From contig BFEA01000002.1 of assembly GCA_003427395.1 (NCBI GenBank), positions 3,967,010 through 4,031,009 on the forward strand: a DNA stretch of 64,000 nucleotides, given 5' to 3'. Shown here in pieces: positions 23,801-34,600 of this stretch. The notes under the pieces are model-generated. The model was not told the DNA's origin, ran no database searches, and worked only from the letters and a program-made list of their open reading frames with translations. Origin of the DNA: Chara braunii (taxonomy: Eukaryota; Plantae; Charophyceae). The stretch's first letter is position 1; each line of letters opens with the position of its first letter. The position numbers and the translations under genes were made by a program.

Positions 23801-26800
23801 AGAGCAATGGTGGTACCTCCCGGGCAATCCGACTGGGTGATGATATCTTCGTTCCCACATTCATGCCCCTGCACTTGCTCTTGTCTTCTTCGCTTGAAAT
23901 TGTAAAGAGGATGTACTGCCTTGCTGGGAATGATCATTCTGTGTGCCCTGCTGCAACATATGTTTTTGAATAAACATTCTACTGTAAAGAGGAGTGATGA
24001 GATTTCAATTGCGATGGTGATGCTCTTGACTGTCCTATCATTTTGCGAACTATTTGTTGCTGCCACGGTGTTCTTCCTTGTCAATCTTTTCTTATCCTCG
24101 GAATTGTGGGATTCAATTGCGATAGTGGTGCAAATTGATGCTTTCTTTTGGTTGCAACATGCCATCTGCATGCTCATTCATTGACTGTTCCAGGATATTA
24201 TCCCGGAAATTGCTGCATTAGGAGAGCTCTAGCCATTGAGGCTGGGCTCATAACAAGCAAGGTGACCGGTGGTAGGTCCCTTCTTGTGTGCATGTTATTG
24301 TGATTGAAATTGATCGTCTTTGCTTTCCTTGTTATATCTATATCTTGTCATACTGCTGCGGCCATATTGAGGTTTTCCTTGTCAATCGACAAATGCCTAG
24401 TTGATGCTTTTGTCAGTGCATTTCTGCGTGTTGCTCATGTCCATTCTTTTGCTGCTATGTGATAATAACATGGTGTGCTGCACTCCTGTCTTTCAAGAGT
24501 GCTACCTGCTTGTGGTAATGCTTGCCCAGGGGCTTTTAGATCTTTCTAAATGTTCCTTCCCCCTCGCCCTTATGCTTTGCCCTCCTTTGCCCTTCTTTAT
24601 CTCCTACAGTGCAATCCTTCCTCCCTTGTCTGCTGAAGATGGTGCGTTGCCGACGTTTCTCATTGAATTTGTTGAGAAGTATCTCTTGCTCTAGTATCAT
24701 GTCGGATTCCTCTTGCCCGCACACGCTGATGTGGGTGGGTGGAGAATCCGTAGGCAAAGTTGTTGAGCTCGTCTCCAGAGGTACATGTATATTTTGTTTC
24801 GAGGTCTGGCAGATCTCGATGACTGGCTCCCTCTTTCTGGAAGGTGGGTCGCAGTACATGCCGGTGCTTGCAGCCGAGAGTGGCTAGCGTTGAATGCAGT
24901 AGCTCTGTGCTGTTCTTCTTGATCTGGTATGTCACTTCTCTTGGATTCTCATGTCGCATTTGAGACCCTGGTTTTACTGATTATGCCTTCTCTTTTGGAC
25001 TTAGTTTCTTCCTCCTCTTGATGCTGTGGGCTGAGTGACTACGGGTTGCCGATCTTTTGCCGGCCTCTGGGTTTAACAGGCCGCTAGTCCTTACAGCAGC
25101 GAGGTGTCACTTCATGAACATGGTATGGTACCAAACAAGATTTTAGTGTGATTGCCCCTGGACACGATTCTGGCTGTCCCTTGACAGAGTACGTGCATGC
25201 ATGCATGTTGGTGGGTAGCACCTTTCCCTGTGCCTGTTGCCTGCACCAGTGAATCCTGTGAAGGGAATACCTGTTTTGTGTGCGAAAGTCTCTCCATTGT
25301 TGCCGTTTGCTTGCTGTATTTGCTCCATAGCTGGACTTGTTAGGTTGACTGATGGATGGTTTGATGGGTGGATGCATGCCATTGACCTGGCTTCAAGGAA
25401 GTTTTTATGTGCTTAGTTCTTGCTAGGGTCTGAAGTCGTGTTCCGGATGCAACGTGTTCAGAGGTAGGTTTATTTCTTCATTAGTGCCTGGAAGCTTCAC
25501 GGTATACCATCGTGCCGATGTTCCTTGGGCTTGTGTCATTGCATGCTTCTTAGTGCATTGAAGCCTCACGGTGTATCATCCTGCAATCGTCCCCAGGGCC
25601 TGTGTCTTTGCATGTTTCTGCTAAGATGCAGGGGGTGCCGGGGGGGGGGGGGGCGTCACATCATAATCTGTGAGCTTCTTGTCAGTGTCTCTCAAGGATG
25701 GCTGATGGTATTCGGAATCGCTTTCGGTGGTGTTCGAGGGGTTTTGTACGAAGACATTTGCCGTGTCGTCTGGTCTTTGAGCTTCTTGTCAGTCGCTCAC
25801 GAGGATGGCTTATGGTATTGCGCGGTAATCGCTGGCGGTGGTGGTTGGAGGGTTTGTGTCCGAAGATATTTGCAGGGTCATCTAATTGTTGTTCGTTATA
25901 CTCTTTTTTCGCCGCACTCTTCTGCCCATGTTGAAGTATAGCGATATATGGATTATTCCTTTGCGTTTCACAGTAGTGTGCTGCGATGATGATGTTTGAG
26001 TTCCATATATGGACCGAACCGACACTTTGACTGGTAACCTCTGTTTGTTTCCAAAAGTGTCCATAGTCGGCTTTGTAGATTACATTTTAATGCCATGTTT
26101 GGTATTCTCTTTGTCATTGCTCATGCATTCGCTGAAAACAAGTGTTTGCTGTTTTGCTGTCCGGGCAAAAACAATCACGTTTAATCAATCCGTGGTCGGG
26201 GTGGAAGCATTCTGACGTCTACATTTGCTTTTATGCGTGGATCCCTGATCTTGGAGATGGGGGAACTTCAGATCGGGATGGGATTGCTCTAACACTATTG
26301 GAGAACGAGAATAGCTGAGTATGAGAACGGCGGTTGAGACGTTGACTTGTCATGTGCCATTTCTTCAAATGCCAACTTTTCTGATAGAATGCTTATCCAA
26401 GTATAAAGCTTGCAGGTGTTTTTCTTTGGAATGCACCATAAGTGCATCTGATGTCACATTCCGAGATGTGAAAGGCTTGGTTGTTTTCCAGTTGGGTGAG
26501 ATAGTGAGCAAAGTTTTGTGGCCTGCCAGCTGAACGTCGTTTGTTTCGAACGGCAATTGAAAAATCTTAAATATGGAACATTGTTGATATGTATGTCGTT
26601 AAATTATGGTTTGCTGCATTTGATGCTTAGTGTTAAGGTCATGTTCACTGAAATCTGCCACGTGTGGAATTGAACCTGGGCCGTTGGCATGTGGTTTTCT
26701 TTTTCGTATTTTGTGTTCCTGGACATGTAGGATCGATCACGAGGGATTACACCGGATCCAGGTTACAATCCGGGTCATCGGTCTGGATCCCAGCCACCAT

Positions 26801-27855
26801 CGTCACAGCAGCAGTCTCCAGCTTGGGGCCAGCAGCAACAGCTACCTGGAGTTGCAGCCCCGCCGATGCAGCAACAGGGGCAGCAATATGGTTTTCAGCA
26901 ACAGGCACAGTACCAGGTCCCCCAACAACAATACGTTATGCAGCAGCAGCAGCAGCCTTATGCGGCTTATGGGCAGCAGCAGCCAATAGTGAGGGGTTAT
27001 ACCCCAGGATGGGATGGGCAACAGCAATTCATTCCACAGCAGCAGGTGCTTCCTCATCAACATCCGCAGCAACAGGTCCAACAGCCGCAGGCACCCCCGT
27101 CTCAGCAGTCTGGTGTATACGACTATTATGGTCAGTCACAGCAGCCGGTGGTTGCTCAGGGCACTCAGCCGGTTGGTCAGGACTTGTCGCAGCCAGTCCA
27201 TCAGCAGATGCACCACCAAGTTCCCCCTCAGGTTTCCCCACAGCTCCCTGTGGCATCCCAGGGACCTCAACAGGGGCCCCAGCAGATAGCAGGTCAAAAT
27301 GCCATACAAACCCCTGCCCCTCCTTCCGATGGAAGTTACATGTATGCGCAGCCGCAGGCAGGTTACTATCAATATCAACACTCTGGTACTCCGCAGGTGG
27401 CCCAAGGTGGTTATGGGCAGCAGAGTTATGCGCCTGCTCAGCAGCAGTCGTACGCCCAGCCACAGCAGCAGGCTTACGGGCAACACGCTCATCAGGCATA
27501 CTCGCAGACACCACAGGCACCGTATGTGCAAACACAGCCACAGGTATACTCTCAACAGCAGACACAGCCACAGCAGCACCAGCAACAGCCGGCGGCATAC
27601 GTAGCGCCACCGCAGCAAACCTATCCTCAGCAGCAGCAACAACCGCAGCAGCCTCCTTCGGCACAGCAGCCTCAATCGTATGGAGCCAACAGCTACACGC
27701 AAGATCAGAGCAATTATTATTCTGCTTCATCGTATGCAGCACCAGCTGATGCCAGTACTCACACGGGATATGACTACAGTCAGTCCATGCCCTCGAGCAC
27801 GGTTGCAACACCAGTCGTCGCAGCTCAACAGCCTGCCGTTGAGCCTGCCCAATGA
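11515..27855 (+). CDS. KH-domain RNA-binding protein, far-upstream-element-binding-protein (FUBP)-like; join(11515..11851,18037..18257,19527..19712,20710..20802,21321..21392,22653..22766,26731..27855), ~715 aa
   Basis: Seven exons with GT-AG introns splice in frame (2148 nt). N-terminus MADETQ..NKRRLDE..YNNVAPP..AKQKAAEIAARL..KRAR resembles plant two-KH proteins of the Arabidopsis At2g25970 type (recalled, not searched). Two type I KH domains (VGLVIGKGGETIK; VGLIIGRLGETIK) and a Q/P/Y/G-rich tail. Extra small exons in the 6.2-kb intron 1 cannot be excluded. Confidence 0.9.
13803..14117 (+). repeat. 105-bp tandem repeat x3 in intron 1
   Basis: Units start at 13803, 13908 and 14013, are nearly identical, and each ends in atgacctggcgttctattcgcgggggaagacg. 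Confidence 0.9.
17441..17549. mobile_element. ~109-bp palindromic MITE, copy A (TA-bounded, Tc1/mariner-pogo-like ends)
   Basis: tactgtcccttccccgg...ataatgaccatgcattctattcggaggaagatggta. Confidence 0.6.
17612..17720. mobile_element. ~109-bp palindromic MITE, copy B
   Basis: tacagtcttcccccgaatacaacgtacggtcattatag ... ctataatgaccgtacgttgtatttagtggaagaagcta; the core arms are near-perfect inverted repeats. Confidence 0.7.
18037..18257 (+). CDS. KH/FUBP-like gene, exon 2 (Q-rich linker, start of KH1)
   Basis: gacag|aa acceptor is phase-compatible with exon 1; ends KRIEVPNVK|gtgcgt. Confidence 0.85.
18468..18585. mobile_element. Palindromic MITE, copy C
   Basis: taccgtcttctcccgaatagaacgtacggtc ... 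aatgaccgcacgcacgctctagtcggggagagaagatagt. Confidence 0.62.
18726..19108 (+). repeat. 195-bp tandem duplication in intron 2
   Basis: tcttgtttg at 18738 and 18933; the two units are near-identical. Confidence 0.88.
19114..19222. mobile_element. ~109-bp palindromic MITE, copy D
   Basis: taccgtcttcctccgaatagagcgtgcggtcat ... ataatgaccgaattttcgatccggggaagaaggga; shares internal ttgtcccaa.tacgg with copy A. Confidence 0.62.
19527..19712 (+). CDS. KH/FUBP-like gene, exon 3 (KH1 core)
   Basis: tgcag|VGLVIGKGGETIKYLQTQSGARIQV...AEQLINDVIRE|gtgagc. Confidence 0.95.
20710..20802 (+). CDS. KH/FUBP-like gene, exon 4 (inter-KH linker); alternative acceptor at 20707
   Basis: acagcag|AASGGSAVAVAKGLAGVTAGESVQIRVPNRK|gttggt. 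Confidence 0.88.
21321..21392 (+). CDS. KH/FUBP-like gene, exon 5 (KH2 GxxG loop)
   Basis: atgcag|VGLIIGRLGETIKNLQNRSGARIQ|gtaggt. Confidence 0.93.
21827..22590 (+). repeat. ~281-285-bp near-identical tandem duplication plus a diverged partial third copy, intron 5
   Basis: aatgaatgggtgcaatgcagagccatcc at 21827 and 22108; a partial diverged copy from ~22415. Confidence 0.9.
22653..22766 (+). CDS. KH/FUBP-like gene, exon 6 (KH2 C-terminal half)
   Basis: ctgcag|IQSDRETEPGATERIVTLFGNKAQTDLAEELMKEVISE|gtatgc. Confidence 0.92.
26731..27855 (+). CDS. KH/FUBP-like gene, exon 7 (Q/P/Y/G-rich low-complexity C-terminus, stop codon)
   Basis: catgtag|DRSRGITPDPGYNPG.. is in frame with ORF 26866..27855; contains GWDGQQ, YDYYGQ and GYDYSQ motifs. 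Confidence 0.88.
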   Translation, partial: DRSRGITPDPGYNPGHRSGSQPPSSQQQSPAWGQQQQLPGVAAPPMQQQGQQYGFQQQAQYQVPQQQYVMQQQQQPYAAYGQQQPIVRGYTPGWDGQQQFIPQQQVLPHQHPQQQVQQPQAPPSQQSGVYDYYGQSQQPVVAQGTQPVGQDLSQPVHQQMHHQVPPQVSPQLPVASQGPQQGPQQIAGQNAIQTPAPPSDGSYMYAQPQAGYYQYQHSGTPQVAQGGYGQQSYAPAQQQSYAQPQQQAYGQHAHQAYSQTPQAPYVQTQPQVYSQQQTQPQQHQQQPAAYVAPPQQTYPQQQQQPQQPPSAQQPQSYGANSYTQDQSNYYSASSYAAPADASTHTGYDYSQSMPSSTVATPVVAAQQPAVEPAQ

Positions 27856-29474
27856 GATTGATCGATGTTTTTTTTTGTCTGTTTGTTTTCTCTCTGGTCT
27901 ACTTCCGGAGTGGAAGAGATCCTCGAGGTGTATGTGCTATGGCTTGGACACCGTTGCAGCAGCGGGCAAAGTGCTGTGAATTCCATTTTTGGGGAAACTC
28001 TAGCTGTGATAATGCATGGTATCCCCCCCCTCCCCCCCGGTTCTCTGACAAGGAGGGAGGAAGATGTTGTGCACAAAGGGCTCCCTGCTATCTATTCCTG
28101 CGCCCCCTACGAACGGTGGATAGGAACATCAGAGGAAGCCGGCAAAGGTGTGCAGAGCTTTTTATGTGTACGGGTGATCTCGAAAATGCCTTCTGTTAGG
28201 AGGGGGCGGAGATATTCATCTGCAGTGGCATGCCAGGTGGTGGATCGAGGGCGAGGTAGTGCTTCTCTTCGAGCCAGTCGGTGAGCTATTCGATGAGTTT
28301 TGGCGAGTAGATTTGTGAGGTGTACAGGATGTTCTCTGAACGTTGCTTCTTGTGGGCAACATGGAGAAGTGCTGGATTTAGCACATGTGTGCACAGGTGT
28401 CGTTAAACGGAGTTGGAGGCTTGGAGGGAGAGTCTTGTAGTTGCACATGTGAGGTCTGGCATTGTCCATGGGCTGTGAAGTTGTGCGCAAGCAACATAAT
28501 CTCGGTAATCGGGCTGTTGAGGCTGTAATCGGAAGTTTCAATTTATTCCCATGTGAGTTGGAGTATACGTGGAGAGGATCTCTTCTTGATCACACTGATT
28601 GCTGTTTAATCCCAGGGCACGGTGGTTAGGGAAAATAGTTAATTGATTGAATAATGCTAAAGCCACTGTTCAGATGGAATACGGTTGCACAGTTGGAAGG
28701 GCCAAGCAGCCTGTAGGTAGTAGTTCAGGCGTGGTCATTGTTTCTTCCAATAACGACCAAAAAAAAATGCATTTTCCAACCACTTGGGATATGTTTGTGA
28801 CTCGACCTCTCCCCTCACCTGTGTTTTCTATCTGTGCTATGATGTGATTTACTTTCACCCCAAGGCGTTGTGAGGCTGCGGGTGCAGGATGCTGGACATC
28901 ATCTGGTGCTAATCTGTTTGGACAGCGTTTGTACTCCTGACAGGTGGTTGGATGAACCTCTGCGATGTTGTGATAAGTGCTACGTATAGGAATGTCGAGA
29001 AGAAGTTTCTGCTCTCTGAGTACAAGAGCCAGGGTGGGTCTCTAATACAATGGGAGGGAAGTACAATACAAGGTGGGTCTAACAGTTTTGGAGGGAAGTG
29101 CGGTTTCTGTGCTGTATCAAGTCTATGGTAAGAACCATTTTTCGATGTTATCATATAGTTATAATACCGTAATATATTTTGACATGTATTTCGCTAAACC
29201 CATGGATGACATGATATGTCAAAGTGCCTGGTGAGGAGACTGGAAGTTAGGATTGTAGTATATCGTGTTGTGGTGTGGTATGTGGGCTATACCAATGATA
29301 ACCTGTTTTTGGAGGACGGTGTGCTCACATAGAATGGCTTTGTGAAATGTTGGAAGTCAATTTTCTTGAATGGTCATGTGATCTGAAGGTATTGTATTGT
29401 AGTATGCCTTACTGTGCCACCGTTTTACACCCCCAATGGTAACATGTTACGTTGGGAGATGGTGATTGATGCTC

Positions 29475-29710
29475 TTAAACCACCAGTACATGGCGGTTGT
29501 TAAGGCCCGTGGCTCAGCCTACCGGGATCCCGAATCTTGCTGAGCCTCTAGTTACTGGTAGGTACACATCGAAAGAAAATCGACATTCATCTGCCCCCCC
29601 CTCCAAAAAATGGAAAACAAAGATGCCCGTTTTGGCTCGAGTGGATGTTACGTTGGGAGATGGTGATTGAGGGCCGCCGATTTTGATGCTGCACTCCCCC
29701 CAACGCGCCG

Positions 29711-29753
<43 letters not shown>

Positions 29754-30074
29754 CCCCCGCCGCAGCTCTCGTTTGCAAAACGGGAAAGAATCTTCCCACC
29801 CTTCCAGGAAGATTCATTACCGTTTTGCAAATTATGACTGCCTTTGCGCAGTCTAAATTTGCAAAACGGGAATGAATCTTATCGCAAACATGGGAAGATT
29901 CTTTCCCGTTTTGTAAAGAACCAGGCTCTCTCTCTCACGCACACACACACACAGACACACTCTTCCCCCGCACTGTGCAGTTCATGTGTGTAAAATGGGA
30001 ATGAATCTTCCCACAAACGTGGGAAGATTGGTTCCCGTTTTGCACATATGAGCTGCGCGGTGTTGTTGAGGTGG

Positions 30075-30107
<33 letters not shown>

Positions 30108-30275
30108 CCGCCGATTTTGACGCGGCACTCCCTGCAACACGCCGTCTCTCTCTCTCTCTCTGTCTCACACACACACACACACTCCCCCGCACAGTGCAGT
30201 TCATGTGTACAAAACGGGAATGAATCTTCCTGCAAACGTGGGAAGATTCGATCCCGTTTTGCACGTATGGCCGTG

Positions 30276-30325
<50 letters not shown>

Positions 30326-31669
30326 CTTCCCCCTCCCTCCCTGCGGCCCCCGTTTTTCCCGTTCGTTTTTGTTCTTTTTTCCCCCTCGACTTCTGTTTTT
30401 CTTCTTGGTAACGGTCGTTCAGTGCCCGGCCTCCGTCCGACGCGGCGCGTTAACGGCCACGTCTCTCAAAAGATAGCTGGGCGAGGTACTGGTCGTTGAA
30501 ACCACCAGTACACCTGCACCTAAAATCCCGAAGCTACTTGACCTATTAAGTTATATTCGCCGTGGTCCCGACTTGCTCGAACCGACGAAGTGTTTTAGTC
30601 TGTCGTGTTTACCATTTTCACCAAGCGAGTATGCTCACTATCGGACTTGAACCGATAACCCGTAGGAACAGACGTCATGGAGGCCATGCTCAAATGATCA
30701 CTATCTGACCACTATTACGGGGAGAGGGAAACGTTGCTGTTTTTTCGTTTTTTCTCCTTTTGTTCTTTTCTTCGTTTCCCTGCAAGCAATGCAGTGCATA
30801 TTCCTTGTGCTCGAAACGCCCTCGCCGAGGGCATACTCACACTAGCGCCGTTGAAATGCATCCAACCACTTTCACGGCCAAAGCTTTGTTGGCCTTCTTT
30901 GTTGTTGTTCTTTTTTTGTCTGACGGTCGTGCTCTCCGTGTTCTATGTTCTGCCTAAGTGCCCTAACTCAGGGAGGGAGTACTCCAAAAAGTGTATCCAA
31001 CTGCAATCACGGCCAAAGCTTGTCTTGTTTTTTTGGGAGTGCGGATTTGACGGGGCCCAAAATTCAAAAACCTTTTGATGGGCCGACCCTGCCCCGAGTT
31101 CGTCTTCTACTTCTTGTGGCGACAAGTTATTTTGCCGCGAGGCTGAGGTCGTGTAGTGGTGGTTTAAACCACCAGTATTTGGCCCAGCTGTCGATGCCGT
31201 GTACTGATGGTTTAAACCACCAGTACTTGGCTCAACTATCGATGCGGAGCCTGAATATGCCCTGCGCACTGTGTGCTGGTGGTTTAAACCACCAGTACTT
31301 GTTCCAGGTATCGATGCGACCCCTGAATATGACGTGCGGATTTGACATGGGCCCGAAAATTCAACGGCCTCCTGATGGTCCGTCCCTGCCCCGAGCTCGC
31401 CTTTTACTTCTTGTGGCTACAAGTTATTTTGCTTTAAGGCTGAGGATGTGTACTGGTGGGTTGAACGACCAGTACGTGGCCCAGCTATCGATGCCGAGCC
31501 TGAGTATGCCCTGCGCATCGTTTTGCTCCAACACGCCAGCGAAACAAAACAAAATTGCTTTGGCTTGCGGCTTCAGCCTTCGAGGTCCGGTACCCTGGGC
31601 CTCGTCGTTAATGACAACGCCCTGTGGCCGACATATGGGCCAAGTACTGATGGCTTAAACCACTAGTAC
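29475..31669. repeat. Composite palindrome-rich repeat region (26-bp GTACTGGTGGTTTAAACCACCAGTAC palindromes, ~58-bp hairpins, CT/CA/GA microsatellites); probable non-autonomous DNA transposon complex
   Basis: Palindrome copies at 30486, 31153, 31201, 31273, 31450 and 31644, half-site at 29475. Hairpins at 29772, 29858, 29987 and 30206. Confidence 0.75.
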
Positions 31670-34600
31670 CTTTGCCACTTTGGAAAATAGCTGTCCTCGG
31701 GTGGGTGTCCGACCTTTTTGGAGGCCAAAAGCAAATGATGGCCGCCGTGGATGGGCCTGGCCTCCAGTCTTAGGAGTTAGGGAAAACTGCCACTTTTCCC
31801 CATTTTGCCAATGCTGGCGGAGGTACTAGGTAGTTTAATGCTCTCAAAGAGGGAGGGATCTTGATTGTTTTTTCTACCTTCCGTAACTGGTTTGGTGCAA
31901 GTGATGGTGGAGCATGGAATCCCACGGTTCATGAGCCATGTTGTGGGATGAACGTATGCCAATACGGCTGGTTAATTGGGTGCTATTTTGTTTGGTCACT
32001 GAACCTATTTATTGGCCAGTGCCTCACTCTAGCTGAGAATGCAGTAGCGGCTTTCATTGTGCGTTCCTTTGAGGGGTCACGAGACGAAGTTGAAGGCGCA
32101 GGTCAGGGCTGTATCGGATTCTAAACTCCATACGCTTTTTTTCTGGATTTATGCGTGTCGAGGGTTCATTGACTCGTATGAAGCGTGTATCGGAATTCTA
32201 AACTCGGTACGCCTTTTTTCCTGATTTATGCGCGTTATCCATGTGCAGGTGCGATGCACTGTATTGTTCAAAATTTAGTGGATGTCTCAAAGGAGAACTC
32301 TGGACACCTTTATTCCGGAATGAAGTTTTGAGGAGAAGAAGGAACATAGGTTCACGCTCCTACTCTAGACAGGTTGAGAAAAAAATAAATAAAAAATGAG
32401 AACAGTCTTACAGCGGTCATAGATGTGGAAAGCTGAAAATCCTTGCCTCGTTTAACATAATCTAAAACGTAGACCCCGGGAAGTTCGACATCACTACCCG
32501 GGCAGCTGAACTTCTGGTTTGATCGCCTCTACTCGAGGTGGACTCTAGGAAGGTGGAGGCTGTTTGGAAAGCATCCCTGAGGCTCCTTGAAAATAGTTCT
32601 TTTGCAGATGGGGGAACCAAGAAAGTCGGGAGCGGTTTTCCCTGTCTGACATGGAAGGATTCATGTGCTGCTGCAAAAACTAATATATACCTATGTTCTA
32701 TATTTGAATGACCTGTGGAAACCCGATTTTCAGAAGTTTTTTTTTTTTTTTTTTTTTTTTTTTTCCGGAGTAGAACGCCCGGCTGAATATAACGTGCTTA
32801 TGTTGTATTGGAACTCAACGCATGTATGTTCTATTCGAACTTCTTCAATTTTGATTTTGCTGCTTTCAGAAGCAGAAAAATCCGAAAAAACAAGTGCACA
32901 ATATTGCAATATGAACAACCCTGCTCGAGGGATGGGGTGGATGGTTGACCTCCCTCAAGCCGGCAAGAGAGCCACGGCAAGAGAGATGGAGGGAGACTCA
33001 GAGGGGAGAAAGAGAATGGTCTGTCCTTCGCTAACAGCACGCTAATCAGCACCATTGGTGGGCGTCAGAGGTCATCCAAAATGACTGCCCTGGTGGAGTC
33101 CCTCCGTCAGGCCTGCCACTTTTGACGATCTTCCAGATTTGTTCTCTGTTCTTACCTCCTTGCTCGGTTTGACGGTCAAGTAGGGAAATCTGCTTGATCG
33201 TTTTTATTGCCATCGTAATTAGGGTTGTTTGGTGTTAAGCGCCAGATCTGGATTAGGCAGTCTTTTTTGTTAATTTGGCTCTGCGATCGTTCGAGCTTCG
33301 CATGGCGCTTTTTGCTTACCTTTGCGGGGTTCTCGTTGTTTCACTCTTAAGAGTTTCGTATTGATATACGCGCTCTGCTATGGTGTGGGCAAGGACTGGG
33401 CTTGACAGGAGTGGCTTTGCTCATCCCGATGACTGCAGTCGATGATGTAATCGATGCTTGGCCTGTTTCCTACCACATATTGAGTTCGATTTTTTAATCT
33501 AAAAAAAAAGAAAAATAACAGCAGAAGGTTTAGAAACTGGGAATGAGAGTCCAAATTTATTTTTAGGGCGGGGACGTTCTGTTATAAGATTTTTTTCCGG
33601 TCGAATTGTTGAGAAGACTGAAAAACAAATCTGGGGGAAAAAGTAATTGTTGCAGTACAAACAACTTTTGCCTGAGCGTCTTCCTGAAACTACCAAGCAA
33701 ATAAGGTTCTCGGGTGGTTGGTGATTGCTCCACGGGGATGGTAGGTAATACACCAGTCCTAGAACGTTGTTTTTGGTCTAAGCTGGAATGACGGCGGTGT
33801 AATGATCGTGTGGGGGCGATGGGTGGCGCTGGCTGCGAAGGGGAGGGGAGGGCTAATTCTGTAGCTATGGCTGATCTTGGCTGACATGAAAGTGCGGGGG
33901 CGATGGGTGGGGCTGTAGCTATGGCTGATTCTGGCTGACATGTAAGCTGACATATGTCAGGAATTCCTTCTGCATGTCGATGGATGGGGAGTGTGACGTA
34001 TGTGGGGTCAGGCGTATGTGTTAGATTTGGGGGCCCGCAAAATATATTTTCTGAAAACATGGGGCCCGATCAGAGGGTGCAATGCCCCTAGTCATCGATA
34101 CAGAGCCTGGGTTGAGTCTTCCTATGCAGGTGAAAGATGTTTTGAGGAAAAACTCTTCAGATTGAAGTGGTGTTATCATGGGGCCCGATTTGAGGCCCGA
34201 TCATGGGCCCCGGTTTGAGGAAAAGCTTCTTNCTCTTCAGATTGAAGTGGTGTTATCATGGGGCCCGATTTGAGGCCCGATCATGGGCCCCGGTTTGAGG
34301 AAAAGCTTCTTCAAAGTGGGCCCGATCAGGTTGAAGTGTGTGTTATCATGGGGCCCGACCCGATTTGAGGAAAAGCTTCGTCAAAGTGGGAGCGACCTCA
34401 CCTATAGATATCTGCCTTTTTGAAGTGGTGTTGTCACTCAGGGGGAGGTCTGAAGCACACTTACGGTTGCTGCGTTTTCTGGCACGTCTCTGTCCGACTC
34501 ACTTTCTTTGCTATAGGGCTCTTCTGGCTCCTGATTGTCAGATACGAGTGACTTTCTTTTTTTAGTGCTCTTCTGGCTCCTGATTGTCAGATAGTTGGTG

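Noticed and set aside
24225-24285. tRNA-Met-like gctgggctcataac
   Set aside because: Only an anticodon-loop resemblance; no T arm or acceptor stem.
26664-27811. Long overlapping ORFs in other frames and on the minus strand (361, 260 and 188 aa)
   Set aside because: By-products of CAG-rich, stop-poor codons in the Q-rich exon.
31153-31669. CRISPR-like array of palindromic repeats
   Set aside because: Spacers are homologous to each other and range from about 20 to 170 bp, there are no cas genes, and the context is eukaryotic.
34153-34311. Exact 79-bp tandem duplication
   Set aside because: The two copies abut a single N at 34232, so this is most likely an unmerged contig overlap.
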